NCBI GenBank assembly: GCA_009602725.1 | Contig: WELB01000011.1 | Location: 666,652-730,651 of the forward strand | Source of the DNA: Spirogloea muscicola | Lineage: Eukaryota | DNA: 64,000 nt | Direction: 5' to 3' | In this document: piece by piece, positions 11,178 to 25,100 of the stretch | How positions within the stretch are numbered: the stretch's first letter is position 1 | Layout of the letters: the number at the start of each line of letters is the position of its first letter | Translations under genes and position numbers: made by a program | The notes under the pieces: model-generated | Told to the model about the DNA's origin: nothing | Databases searched by the model: none | Seen by the model: only the letters and a program-made list of their open reading frames with translations

Positions 11178-14100
11178 ATGAAGCGCGGCAGGGCGGCGCC
11201 GCGCGACGAGGACGAGGAGGAAGGGGAGGAGGAGGAGGAGGCGGCGGCGGTGGGCGAGAATGGCGGCCAGGAGGACGGGGAGGAGGAGGAGGAGGAGGAG
11301 GCGGAGGAGGAGGAGGAGGAGGACGATGAGGAGGAGGAGGAGGAGGACCGCGGGCGCCGCAAGCGCAAGCGCCGCGCGGGCGCGGAGCTCTTCGAGGAGG
11401 AGGCGGACGTCGCGGAGGACGACGAGGAGGAGGAGGAGGAGGAGGGCGAGGAAGGTGCGGACCGCCACCTTGGCCTTGGGCTGCCGGCTCCCCCCTTTTG
11501 CCCCGCTTGTGCAACCCCCGAGGTTTGAACCCAGGCGGCAACTCTGAGATCCCTAAAGTTGGTTACCATGTACCAAGCGCAGGGTTCATCATCGACGAAG
11601 GCACGGAGCTGGACGGCGACGGGCGCGATGGCGGCGCCAGCGCCCGGGCAGGCCGCCACCCGCGGCCGCCACTGATGGGCGACGAGGCCCAGACGGACGA
11701 GGACCTGGAGGCGTACATCCAGAAGCGGTACGCGCCGCAGGAGTACGAGGAGTACGAGGAGGGGGAGGCCAACGAGGTGGAGCAGCAGGCCAACCTGCCG
11801 GACGTCAAAGACCCCAAGCTCTGGATGCTCCGGTGCAAGGTCAGCGCTTGCAAGACATCACAAAACGGCCTCCATTGACCACTGTGGTGATTGCCAACCG
11901 ATCCTGCGCTCGGTGCAGCAGCCTGCCGGCCTCTGGGTTGGATTATGGTCTGCTGCAGCCCACGAGCTGTGGCAGCGTGAGAGGACAGGCGCGCGTGCTC
12001 AATGGCAGTAGCAGACTGCCTGGTCTCTCAGCAGCGCCACTGTACTCTGAGGCAACGGCGTCTGAGGCGCTCTGACGGTGGTTGCAGTGGTGACAGTACC
12101 AGCCTCTGCTGTGCTGATGGACTTGAATGCTGAGCAGCGGGGCGTGGCTGTGTGCTGCGCAGCAAGGGCACGAGCGTGAGGCGGTCGTGAGCTTGATGCA
12201 GAAGTTCATCAACCTGGACACGCCCGGCCAGCGGCTGCTCATCAAGTCTGCGGTCGCGCGGGACGACCTGAAGGGTTTCATTTACGTTGAGGCTGAGCGC
12301 GAGTCCCACGTCCGCCAGGTATGGCCTCCATGTCGGAGTCTGATCCTTGGCGCTCTTGGCTCCAAAACCTTTCCTGCCGCTTGAGTTCCTTGGCCACTTG
12401 CACTTCGTGTGTCCTCCTCCAACACCACCACATAGTCCACGTTAATGCGCCATGGCATTCTTGGTGGGCCGCTGATTTTTGCAGGCATGCAAGGGCCTTC
12501 GGTTGCTGTATGCATGGAAGATTGATCTGGTGCCAATCAAGGAGATGCCCGATGTTTTGACAGTGGACAAGAAGGTCGTGGAAATCGATCGCGACATGTG
12601 GGTCCGTGTCAAAAATGGCATCTACAAAGGCGACCTTGCTCAGGTATTCCCAGTGTGGCACACCCTCACGTTGCACGCACTTGCTTTCTGCTTGAGCAGC
12701 CCTTATCTCCATGGCAGGGACAGCGCAACTGGCCGACAATATAGGAGGCTGCACGGCCTCAGCCCAATTGATGATATGCTGAGTCGCTCCTTCCGCAGGT
12801 TGTTGATGTCAACGAGGTCGCGCAGCAGGCGACGATCAAGTTGATACCTCGAGTAGATTTGCACCTCCTTGCTGCTCGCTTGGTAAGTGCTCATTTTCAT
12901 CCCACCGGTTGACCTGCTTGCCTGCACTCACCTTGTGATTCTTGTCGTCATCAACATGTATTAAGCTCCAGTTGCACTAGTGAGACCATTGCCTGACGAG
13001 CTACCTGAGGGTTCAATGTCTGTCCAGGAAGAGCGCGAAGATGCAAAGCGCAAGCGCCCAAGGCCTCCCGCGCGCTTCTTCACCATGGAGGAAGTGCAGT
13101 GAGTACAACTTCACCTGTGCAGCTCCCTGAGCCTTAGGCTCGCTCTTATAGGGCACCACTTTGACTCAGTACCTTGCGCTCCAAAGATCTGTCAGATCAC
13201 AGCCGTTGCCTGGCATGTCATGTCTCGGCTCCCCTGGTCTCATTTCCTTTCTGACTAGCCCATGCTGAAGAAGTGCCTTCTATTCTGCGATTCTCTTGGT
13301 TGTTATCTGTGTCAAGTTGTGCCTGCGCTGAAGAGGTGCCTCCATTTGCAGGGACCTGAGGATCCCGGTGGAAAGGAAGCGTGACCCCCTGACCGGCGAG
13401 CTATTTGAGCAGTTTTGTGGGATGCGTTTCAAGGATGGCTACTTCTACAAGACGCTGTCCCTGCGCACGCTGGACACCAAGGGCATCATTCCCACGCTCG
13501 ACGAGCTCCAGAAGTTCCAACGCCCGGGCACCGATGGCGACTCTGAGGACCCGCTCAGCCTGGGCCTGGTCAACGGGCTCGCCACGAAGCTGCGGGGCCA
13601 GTTCATCAAGGGCGACGTGGTGGAGGTTGTGGAGGGCGACCTCAAGCGTCTCATGGGCACAGTCGAGAAGGTGGAGAATGACATGGTGTCCATCCGCGCC
13701 AAGGACACGAAGCTTAAGGTCAGCTCATTTGCTGATTCGCCGTCCACAAGGCAGCGGCTCAGAATCCGGGTCAAGCTTGATCTTATGTAACTTCGACCAT
13801 CTGCGGCCAGCTATACACATGCGGATGTAGCTGATACAGGCTGCTGCAGTTTTAATGCACAATTCCTGGGCTGAAGTCTGCACAACCCTGCTGTCTGCCT
13901 GCCAGGACCTTATACCTTTGAAGGCCAACCAGCTCAAGAAGTTCTTCAAGATTGGGGACCACGTGAAAGTGATAGCTGGCCAGCATGATGGTACTTCGGG
14001 CCTGCTTGTCAGCGTGCAGGAGTCCGTCGTGGTCGTCCTCTCCGACACTACTCGCGAGCAAGTGAGCTGCATGTCATGTGCATCGTGTCCTTTACCCTGA

Positions 14101-17100
14101 GCAGTGGAGTACATGATCAGATTGCACTTAAGCCCTTCAACGCACAGCTTTGTTCACCAGGCCAACAAGATGGCTTTTGCTTAACTCCAAAGGAGTGGTT
14201 GGCAGGTAAAAGTGCTCGCAAGGGACATTGTGGAGAGCTCAGAAGTGGCGTCCGGCTTGACCCGCATTGGCGAATTTGAGCTTCACGACCTTGTTGCGCT
14301 CGAGTCAGTGCTCCTATACTTCAGCACAGTCATGTCCAGAATTGCTGTCAAGTCTCTCATGTCCCTAGTTCTGATTCTGATTGTGGTAGGTTGTTGAAGA
14401 TGTCGTGGTCCTGCTGAAGGTTTGAAAACGTGCTGGTGTCTGAAAAGGTTAACGGTCCAGCTGAAGATGTTGTGTTGCTTGGTGACAGCCGATCAAACTT
14501 TGGGCTCATTGTCAAGGTGGAGAAGGATGGATGCTTGGTACGCACGCATGCGCCACTGTGTCTCTTGCTCGAGCTCTTGCTGCTGGCCCCAGAGGTGTAA
14601 TACGTGCTGACTGCTAGCGACATGTCACCTTGACGGGCTTGAGACACTTTCTGCCACTGCCAGGTCCTGAGGGGCAAGTCAGAGCGTCAGGAGGTGACTG
14701 CTGTGCATCTACGGGAGCTCCGGCGCAAAATCTTCGACCGGCAGCATCAGGCTCAGGATCGTAATATGTCGAGCCTGTGCATCAAGGACCCAGTGCGCAT
14801 AGTGGATGGCCCTTTCAAGGTTAGGTCAATATCACATCATCGGTCTCCTGTCGAAGCCTGTCCATTGTCCATCCCTCTACTGTAAGCTGGCTATCGTAGA
14901 GTAACAGTTGTGACTTCAGCATACACCAATCTGATGGTAAGTCTGTTTGATCGTTGATCACTTTGTCCTCATGTTCAATATTCTGAGAGCTCTGGTTGGG
15001 CCAATCCTTGCAGGACAAGCAAGGGCCTATTGAGCACATACACAATGACTGGCTGTTCATACATGACCGGAGCCACACTGAGAATGGCGGGTATATTGGC
15101 GTCGCGCCTTTCAAGTGCCAGGCCGTTGGGGGAGGTGCAAGGGGCCTCGACTTAGGAGTAAGACAGTACACGTCTTTCATTCTTGCTAACAATTGCACTA
15201 ATGTTGAGCAGAAGTTGCCATGTGTCACATGGTAGGAGCCATGTAGTTAAGCTCTGCGAAGTACAATGGGGTTGCCTGATTTGTGCAAGGAATCAGCAGA
15301 CTGAGGACAGCATATCCTGCCCTTGAAGCTCTTAGCCCACGCTACCGTCCTTACTTGTCTTGTGGTCATCCACCACCATGCAGAGGCCTCAGCCGCCGGC
15401 CATGCTCAACGTGCTCCGGAGTCCCTCGCACCTCCTCCAGTCGCCCCGCCGCAACGCCCCGGGCAGGATGCTGCCGGGACCAGGTTCGCTCTTGAGGCTG
15501 TCTCCTTCTAGACTTCAGCTCCTCTTTGCATGTGCAGCCCTTTCATTGGCGGTCACAGGCATGTGAGCATGTGGCGCTCACACCTCTGCCAGTGGTCTCC
15601 CCACCAAGTTTGTTGGGACACCGAATGCTCTGCTGTCATGGTGTAGGCATGTTTGGCGGCGGGCGGCATGGGCAGCGGCGGGATAGCGGGCTTGTGGGAA
15701 AGACGGTGCGCATCAAGGCAGGCCCATACAAGAGCTACAAAGGCCGCGTGGTAGACGCCACTGACACCACTGCTCGTGTGGAGCTCGAGTCCCAGATGAA
15801 GGTTGTCACAGGTCAGCACCACCGTGCCCCTGTTAACCGCCTTCCTATGACAATGCAAGCTTGCCTTCATCCTCACCATCTCATTTGTCCCGTCAACTAT
15901 GATCACCTTGCAATGTTGTCTCTTCAGTGATGATGGTTGGCCAGCCTTTTTGTTGTGCAAATTGGTTGCTGACATTGTCACCGTGTGCATGTTGACGATC
16001 AGTGAGGTTGGATCAGTTGCCTGACACGGAGTCGATCCAAAATCCATTCAGCATGGCCAGGTAAGATGGAAAGGTGCTGCTTGCTGTGCCGCGACGAGGT
16101 ATCGAGTTGCCTTGGTTGTCCATTCTGGGTCAGATGGGTCAAGGTCCATCATGGTGGTGCCAAGCCTAACGTGGATGTCAGATCAAGGATAGTAGTGTTA
16201 CCAGACTTAGGTGACAACAGGCTCTGTCCTGAGCTGCAGAAATCTGGGTTCGGGTTCAGGAAGAGAAGTCTAAGATGACACTACAGGATGGAGTCTCAGG
16301 ATCAACAGTTTCATCTCTTATTTGCAGTTTTGGTCTGGTCTTGCTGGAAGGCCCTTGCGAATTTGAATGTGTGGATCTTGGGTTCTGACACTTCATTGTA
16401 TTGCTTCTTCTCCCTTCTGCTAGGGAGTCGCCTCAATACGATCAAACGCCGCACCACCCTTCCCGCACCCCCATGCACAACTACATGGCCACCCCGCTCC
16501 GCGACTCCACTGGTCTGCACTAGACCTGGGTTGCCAATTTTGTGCTGAAATTGCACACCTCTCGTTCTGCAATGTCTTCAATTGATCTAGGTGTGAAGAA
16601 TAGCCTGCTCTTTGTCAGCCAAGCACAAGTTGGGTGCTATACACGTCATTTGCATACTGCATTTGGTTCTCTCTGTCCTTCTTGTTGCTGATATGAGAGC
16701 TGTTACCATGATACCGCAGCCACGCCAATGCATGACGGCATGCGAACGCCGATGCGCGACCGTGCTTGGAACCCCCAGACGCCCATGACTCCCATCAGGT
16801 CGAGCCTCTCCTCTGCTACCTCTTAAGCTTCCCGGTGGTCTCCGAATTCAGTTGCCCTGCTTTTGTGCACCTTTCACTTGTGGAATTTTGTGCAACAGTG
16901 GATGCTGTTGTGATGTCTGTAGCATATGCAGGTTAGGGTGTGTGATCACATAGCACGTCCAGTGATGCAACGGACTAGCCTGACTGCAGTGGCGGGTCGT
17001 GCCTGCACAAGTCACCCCACCCTATATTCCCACCCCCACAAGACCCCAGACAGACAACTTTCCTCAGAACGTCATCTATGATCAAAACCATCACAAGCCT

Positions 17101-19132
17101 CTCATATCAAAATTCACAGACCAGAAGACCTCACGAATTGCCATACGATAGCCTCACAACATTGTCCCAGGGCACGACCTGCCAGTAAAGCTGTACTTGG
17201 AGGCATTCAGCTATGAGAGCTGAGGACTGCTGTGCTGACATCGAGGCGGGATAAGTCCCCTGTCCTGGTGCATACGCTTGATATGATTGCAGTCTGCCAT
17301 TGTCTCTTCTGTCTGACCTTGACCTAATGGTACTGTGGCGCCTCAGGAGCGACACTGACTCGGGCACCACAGCATGGGACGAGGCCGACCCCTCCACTTG
17401 GCAGGCGCCTAATCCAACCAGCTCGGGTTATGCGGCGAACACGCCAGGCGCTTACAATGCTGGGACGCCGGGCGGCAGCAGCGGCAGCGGCTATGTTGCC
17501 TACACGCCGTTCTCGCCCACTGAGCAGGCCGGCACCCCTCAGGATGGCAGCGGCAAGCAGGTGAAGGGGACGCAACTAGTGCCGACTTTCAGTCGCTTGG
17601 CACCTGCAAAGAATGTGTATGTCATATGTTGATGTAATTAGAATGTCATTCACCTATATCTGCTCATGTTCTTGTAATCTCCTGCATATGGGTCAAACCT
17701 TGTGGAACCTGTTAATGGGTGCTAGCGGGAAACCACAACCCTGATATCTTGAGATGCGATAGCAGTGCTTAAGCAGTGCTCAGGCTCCTCTGCTACTATC
17801 CATGTGACTTGAGTCTGGCCTGTATTGCATCAGCCTGGAACACCTGGTGGTCGAATGTATGAGGCGCCAACGCCAGGCGGCGGGTGGACACCTGGTGGAG
17901 GAGCAGCCAGCACCTCGTACAACGATGCCAGCAACCCCTACGATGCCAACACACCTTACGGAGGTCTGCCCTCAACCTCTTGAAATGCTCAAGTGTGCTA
18001 GACCCTTTTCTGCGATGTTCTCTGTGGCCCTTGATGCAATACAGGACTGCATCAGGGCGGGCCCTTGCAATTTGATCTAGCACAGGATGAGTTGTACGTT
18101 TACATTGAGTTGAGATACTTAAAATCTCAACTCAATGGATGCATTACCCAGCAGGAAATGCGCCAAGCCCGTCACCATACCTCCCAGGGACGCCGGGAGG
18201 GGGTGGGCAGCCTATGACTCCAGGCGCATACCCGTCAACCCCAGGTGGCCAGCCCATGACGCCTGGAGATCATTTCGGCGACGGTGCAGGTATAAATATT
18301 GGTTGGCAGCTCGGCTGCTGCTTCATCAATACCCCTTCTATAATGCCAGATGCACAAAACACAACAAACCACCTCAGCTAGTGTGCATGGTAGGTGCAGC
18401 TGTTGCTGCACAGTTGGCAAGGCTGTCGCAATTCCAGGAACAAGCCCAATGACATTGCAGGCAATCCAGCAGTAAGTGGCTCCTGGCTCTTTTTGAGAAA
18501 ACTGTTTCACTGATTACTGCTGCTGGTGGGGTGCTTCCGCGTGCTTGCTGTTGCTGCAGGCGGGCCCGCGTGGGGCCTCCCTGAGGTCATCGTGACTGTT
18601 CGGCGGCAGGGCGACGAATCACCTGCTGTAATCAAGGAGTTATTACCAGTGAGCCTCTCGTTGCTGAGACGCAGTATAGCAGCGTGAAGGGTTGTGGAAT
18701 TTACGGCTAGTCTGCTGTTGCTTACATCTCAGTGGTAACTGCCACTGGTGGCGGCTATTGCCGTAGGCCAGCGTGTTGATTTACTGTGTGTGTTAAGCAA
18801 ATGGCCAGCTGTCAGCTTTCCTGCAAGTTTACACAGCCTCCACTACCTGCAGAAGTGACATTTTCGTTTCTGCTGGCGTCATGTCACAGGATGGGAGCTG
18901 CTTGCTGGCACTCGGCACCTTGGGCGAAGGCGCAGTGGTGACGGCGTCGCATGCAGACCTCACATTGGTGATGCCCAAGAAGGGGGACCGCATCCGGATC
19001 ATGTCAGGCGATCTGCGGGGGTCATATGGGAAGCTGAAGAACATAAACAACCAGGAGGGTATCGTTGAGCTGGCTGACACTTTCGATATCAAGTTCCTGC
19101 ACATGAGCAGCCTGGGCAAGCTTGCCGCTTGA
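11178..19132 (+). CDS. SPT5: Transcription elongation factor SPT5 (canonical form), multi-exon
   Basis: Acidic N-terminus, NGN domain (LPDVKDPKLWMLRCK; GFIYVEAERESHV), several KOW motifs (GDVVEVVEGDL, GDHVKVIAG, GKTVRIKAGPYKSYKGRV), TP-rich C-terminal repeats (TPMHDGMRTPMRDRAW, MTPG) and a final KOW (PKKGDRIRIMSG). There are no WG/GW arrays, so it is not SPT5L/KTF1. Confidence 0.97.
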
Positions 19133-20061
19133 GATCCACTGTCTGGAGTACCACCACCTTCTCCCAACTCTCTTAGTTAGATAATGCTCCGCTTGGTCAA
19201 AGATACCCAACTTGTAAGCAAGACTAAGTAACTGGCAGTTTCGATTTGTGCCATCATTGCTGTGGTTCTCAACTTTCCTGCAGGTGCTGGTGGCACCTTG
19301 TCTCTTATTCGCGGACTCTCTTACTTACATAACTTTGCAACCTGAAGTAGCCTCGCTCTGATATTGATGGCATGCAAGGCAGCTCTGCGGCACTGCCTTC
19401 GCTACCTTCACTTGGCAATCTGAGCGACACTCCTCGGCTAGTGTTAGTTGCAACTCTGCCTGGCACAATGAGAAGGCAACCCTGCTTTGGGTGCTCTTAT
19501 ACTGAATTGTGGTGCTAGTTGTGCTTGCATGACTGGTTAAATTTAGCATTTGTGAGAGCTCTGATTACAGGCCATTCGCAATAGTTCTCGGATTGCAGTA
19601 GACTGAGCACATGTAAACTTGTAATACTTCTGCACTTACGGACCCTTCCTAGTCGAGTGCACAGACGCTCGGTTGAACGGCTGCTTTCAAATTTAAGCAC
19701 TTTTGCGCGCCCTTGCTATGTGCCCAAGGGTGAGTCACATCAAGAGGAGCGGCAGAATTTGGTCAGGCACCCAATCCAGTTCTCCCAGAATACCTTGGAA
19801 GTTGGACGATGCAAGCACACTGGCATGCTTGATATCATCGGCAAAAAGTAGTGACCTGCAACAATTGCTTGTAAAAGTTGTCGAGACAAACCCAATATTG
19901 AGTTTATTAGCAATACAAAAGGGCATGGGTGGCGAGGCATGCCAGTCATGATGCACGACTCCGGCCATGGGGGCTACACAACCGTGAGACAGTGACGAAA
20001 GAAACGTGAAATAAGAGGAAGCCCAACTGTGTTCCCTATTGCCAGTCGCCAGTTGTAGCGT

Positions 20062-20997
20062 TCATCTGTCCATGGTCTGCTTCTTGAGGTGCTCCTCTGT
20101 CTCCGGCGGGTGGCGGTCGATCGTCGCCTTAGTCGGGCCGCGCACCACCTCCGTGCTGCCCGCTGACAGCTGACGGTACTCCTGCACACAGCCAGCGGAG
20201 CGCAACGGCGCCAGAAGCTCCATCAGGAGGCCGACTTCGGCGCCCGACAAGGCGGTCTTGCCACTGGCTTGGCGTAAGCGCCGCGCCCGGCGTGGCCGTG
20301 GCCTCGAGGCCTATCCTTGAAGGAGCAAGTGGGGGCAGGGTGGGGCCGGAGATGCACACCTGACAGAGAGCGCAGGGGTGGCAGAGGCAGTGCGTCTTGA
20401 TGTCGGTCATGGGGAGCTCTGGCAGGCCATACTTCTCGCGCAGGCGCGTGCGGTACTTGGCGGCGTAGCACGGCACGCACGTGAGCAGGTAGCCCACGGG
20501 GCCGATGACGCAGCACAGCGCAGTGCCCCAGATGCCACCCAGGAGTGCGTGCATCAGACATGCCCTGCCAGGTACAAGAGCGGAGGCGCAACAGGTAAGG
20601 ACTTCGTTAGACAGGGGTTGCTGCACCTCTCATAGCACCACAAATGTCATTTTCGTGGCAGCGCTTGAATGCACATGCAAGAACAAGGTGACTCTGCCTT
20701 AGCTGCACAACGACAGCGCACAATGAGCGGCGAAGAGGCCTCGTACGCATGCTGTGGACGTAGGTGCATCAACTCCATCTGTTTGGGCTTTCGAATGACG
20801 GGAAGAGCATGCTAAGAGGAGGCAGAAGGTGAGGGGCGGGCGCACTTGTAGAAGGACTCCTCGCCGTCGGAGAGCTTGAAGACGTTCTGAGCGAAGAGGA
20901 CGCAGGGGCAGAGCGCGCCCATGCCGGCGCCCCACTTGTCGCGCCATACGTCCTTGAGCCCGCCGATCCACTGCGGGCTCGACCCCACCGACGCCAT
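20062..20997 (-). CDS. PLAC8 family protein (PCR/CNR/FW2.2-like), 3 exons
   Basis: MASVGSSPQWIGGL..ALCPCVLFAQNV; YAAKYRTRLREKYGLPELP..DIKTHCLCHPCALCQ; EYRQL. These are the PLAC8 CPC and CALCQExR signatures. Confidence 0.9.
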
Positions 20998-22131
20998 GCC
21001 CGCCCTGCGCGCGGGCCTCCGCCGCCGAGCTCCGGGCCCGCAAGACCCACGCAGCGAGCGCCGCGGCGGTGGGCTCGGCGCCTCCGGAGCAGCGGCGGGC
21101 AGCGAGGCCCGCAGGCCGCGCGTCCTGGCCGGAGCGGCGGCGGCGGCGGCTGGGCCCGGCAAGCCTCGCCCCACAGCGCTGCAGAGCTCCGGCAGGAACT
21201 CCTTCAGACAGCCTCTCCCGGCGCAAAGCTTGCGGCGGCAGTGGCAATGGCGGGCGGTGGCGGCGGCGGCAGCGGCTGCGCTTGCGGAGGCGGCTCTGGC
21301 GGCAGCGGCGGCGGCGGCAGCGGCGGCGCCGATCTCGGTTGGGCGCGGGGNNNNNNNNNNNNNNNNNNNNNNNNNNNNNNNNNNNNNNNNNNNNNNNNNN
21401 NNNNNNNNNNNNNNNNNNNNNNNNNNNNNNNNNNNNNNNNNNNNNNNNNNNNNNNNNNNNNNNNNNNNNNNNNNNNNNNNNNNNNNNNNNNNNNNNNNNN
21501 NNNNNNNNNNNNNNNNNNNNNNNNNNNNNNNNNNNNNNNNNNNNNNNNNNNNNNNNNNNNNNNNNNNNNNNNNNNNNNNNNNNNNNNNNNNNNNNNNNNN
21601 NNNNNNNNNNNNNNNNNNNNNNNNNNNNNNNNNNNNNNNNNNNNNNNNNNNNNNNNNNNNNNNNNNNNNNNNNNNNNNNNNNNNNNNNNNNNNNNNNNNN
21701 NNNNNNNNNNNNNNNNNNNNNNNNNNNNNNNNNNNNNNNNNNNNNNNNNNNNNNNNNNNNNNNNNNNNNNNNNNNNNNNNNNNNNNNNNNNNNNNNNNNN
21801 NNNNNNNNNNNNNNNNNNNNNNNNNNNNNNNNNNNNNNNNNNNNNNNNNNNNNNNNNNNNNNNNNNNNNNNNNNNNNNNNNNNNNNNNNNNNNNNNNNNN
21901 NNNNNNNNNNNNNNNNNNNNNNNNNNNNNNNNNNNNNNNNNNNNNNNNNNNNNNNNNNNNNNNNNNNNNNNNNNNNNNNNNNNNNNNNNNNNNNNNNNNN
22001 NNNNNNNNNNNNNNNNNNNNNNNNNNNNNNNNNNNNNNNNNNNNNNNNNNNNNNNNNNNNNNNNNNNNNNNNNNNNNNNNNNNNNNNNNNNNNNNNNNNN
22101 NNNNNNNNNNNNNNNNNNNNNNNNNNNNNNN

Positions 22132-25100
22132 TCTCCGTCGCGCACGCCGCCTCTCAGCCCCCGCGGCGCTGCCCAGTTCTACCCGGGCGTCGGCTTTGAC
22201 GACGTGCCGCCGCCGCTGCAGCAGCAGGGCGCAGCGCAGCTCGGCAAGCCCGCGCAGGCCGGCGGTGGAGGCGCCGGCGAGCTCGCCGGCAAGTCCGGCC
22301 ACGACCGCGCCGGCTTCGTTCTGGACACCGGCTACGGCGTCGGCGTTGCCAAGGCCGCCGACGACGGCAGCGGCTTTCTGGCGAGGAGGAGCGGCGACAA
22401 CATGGCGCAGTCGCCGGCGTCGCCCACCGGCCCCGCCGACAGCCTCGTGCCGTTGACCAAGCCCGTGCCGGACGGCCCCGAGGCGCGCCTCCGCCCCATC
22501 GACGGCCTCGCCGTGCCGCTGCAGCAGATGCAGCAGCAGGGCGGCTACCCCCAGCCAGCGTCGCTGCTGCAGGGAGGCCAGTACAACAGCGCCGTCGGCG
22601 GCGGCGGCCCCGGCAGCAATGCGGGCGCCCCCAAGGCCAGCATCCAGAGCTTTGGCTCGGACCAGCTTGCCGAGCCGGGCCGGCCATCAGGCGACGGCGG
22701 CCGCGGTGGAAGCCAGACCCCCGGCCCCAACAGCAACATCGGCGGCGGGGCTCCGCCGCCGCAGGGTGGGGTGGGAGGCGCTCACAAGGACGCGCCTAGC
22801 ACTGGCGACAATGACGGCGGCAGCGACCGCCGCGGTGGCGTCATGGGTGCCGTGGCAGCAGTGCCGGGCGCGCTGGCATCGGCAGTCGGCGTCACGGGCG
22901 CGGGCTACCTGGACGCGGAAGAGCGCCGCATTGTGGAGGCCCAACGCCGGTCCTCGGCGCCACTGGACACGCCGAGCCGCGGCGGCGTGGCTTCCGATGG
23001 CGCTGACAAGGCCTGGCGCCAGGGCCGCACCTCCACAGCGCCACAGTCAAGTGCTGCGACCCCAGGCGGTGGCAACAGGAGCCCCATGGCCCCAGCCCCG
23101 GGCGGTCCGGGTCCGGCAGAGGCGGGGCCGCCTCCCCCAAGCCAGCAGCGCGAGGCGCGCCCATTACCACCGGGAGTCGCTAATCGCTATGCGCTCAGTA
23201 GCGGCGGCGTCCCCGTGCCCGTGGATCCCAGGGACCCCAGGGCGCCAGTAGTCGCCCCAGGCGCGGCAGCAGCGGGCGCTCCAGCAGCAGCGGGCGGCGC
23301 TCCAGCACCATCGGGAGGCAACGTGCCGGACGAGGCGACGGGGTCGGCGGCGTTCGACCCCGTGGTCGTGGTCAAGGAGGTGTACCAGGAAAACAAGTTC
23401 TTTGTGCTCGCCGGCACGCTCGGCGCGGCACCCACTGTGCTGTCGGGCCTCTACTGGATCTCGGGCGTCAGCTTCACGCTGCAGATCATACTGGGCGTCA
23501 TCACCGGCGTCGCCGTCATGCTCCTCCACTTCCTCATGCAGGGCCACCGGCGCCGCGTCCGCTACCGCCGGGTGACCTACGCTGCAACACAACTCGGGGC
23601 TTATGCAAATGTTTTCTTCTTTTGAACATGTCTTACACGTTCGCAGTTGAGGTGATGCCGCTTCTTGGGCTCAGTCAGACTTTCTCAGCTGCAACCATTG
23701 ATGCGCGTGGTTGCAGGCGGTGAGGCGTGAGCAGCTGGCAACGCTGAAGCGGGAAGACATTGAGACGCTGCTCAAGATGAAGAATCTGCCGAGCTGGATC
23801 AACTTCCCCGAGTACGACAAGGCAAGTTGCAGTGTGTTTTGGCCATCCAGCACTCCCTTTACTACTTGTCAAACTTGAGGAGCTACATTGAAAGTATTAG
23901 TAATCATTGCCATCAAGATAAATTCTGAGCATTTTGTACTACTTACTATGTAGCGCCTGCTAAGAGATACTTGACTGGTTTTATGTTAGTTCTAACAGAA
24001 AAAGAGGGTGTTACAGGACTCTGCCTATAAATGATGGATGCTGCTGCTGGCTGCTCATTGACATCGCTGGCTTGTGGACTTTTCACATGGCTGCAGCTCA
24101 AGTGGCTCAACGCGTTCATCATCAAGATTTGGCCCTTTGTCAACAGGGCAGCATCGGAGTTGCTCATGAACACGGTGCAGCCGATCTTGGACCAGTACAA
24201 GATGGGCGTCATTGCCAAGATGAAGCTCAAGAGTGTGACGCTTGGTAACCACGGGCCCCGTATTGACGGTCAGTAACAGAGCTTCCCCACAAGCCTTTGG
24301 CACTCCAAGTTATGATGTTGGCATGGCTCTGTCTTGGCCAGCTGCTAATGCTTTACCCTTACTGTTACGTGTGCAGGTGTGAAGATCCTGAAGGCAGGCC
24401 CTGACGAGATTGTGATGGAGTTGATGGTGGACTGGCGACAGGGGCGGGACCAGAAGGCTGTGCTGGCGCTGGACACCCTCGTAGGGCCCGACTTCACAGT
24501 GAAGCTTAAAGACATCCGGCTTTACGGCGTGCTGCGCCTCGCCTTCAAGCCCCTCACCGAACACATGCCTGGCATTGGCGCCATCCTTGTGTCTCTGCGC
24601 GAGTCGGTGGGGCCAGCTGATGCAGATGCACTCTCACCCACAGCAGGCTGTCTTGAGCTGCGGCTTGGCTATCAATGCCATGCCTTGTGAATGTTACGAG
24701 TCAGCTTTGTCACGAAGCATTGAGAGATTGTTCAGGTCCAGTCCTGTCAAAAAGCATTGAGAGATTGTTCACGTCCAGTCCTGTCAAAGTGCTGTCTAGG
24801 GCAAGCTGGTATCTGCTCTCCGAGCACCAAATTTACTGCTAAGAGACAGTAGGCGCTCATCTGTCAATGATCATCAGAAAACAAGTTGATGCTCATTGGT
24901 CAAGTCGTAGCTTACTCCCCCGGTTGCTGACAGTGCTCACTAAACTGGTCATGGGTGCTACTGTCTTGCGCAGCCGCTTGTGGAATTTGACTTTGATGTC
25001 CTTGGCGGGAATCTTGCCGGACTGCCTGGGCTGGACGGCCTCATTGATGTGAGTACTGACCTTGACTAATTCAACTGATTTTCAATATTGGCCAGATAGT

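Noticed and set aside
11505..11540. B-box-like ggttcaaacc on the minus strand in SPT5 intron 1 (tRNA or SINE?)
   Set aside because: There is no A box or cloverleaf, and the match is too short to support.
10845..11659. Poly-Leu, poly-Ser, poly-Pro and poly-Arg ORFs
   Set aside because: These are alternative frames and antisense of the (GAG)n acidic exon of SPT5. The same applies to antisense ORFs over PMIR at 7239-9347.
20812..23625. Long ORFs spanning 21351-22131 (and 52288-53482 spanning 52515-52947)
   Set aside because: They are artefacts of translating through N gaps.
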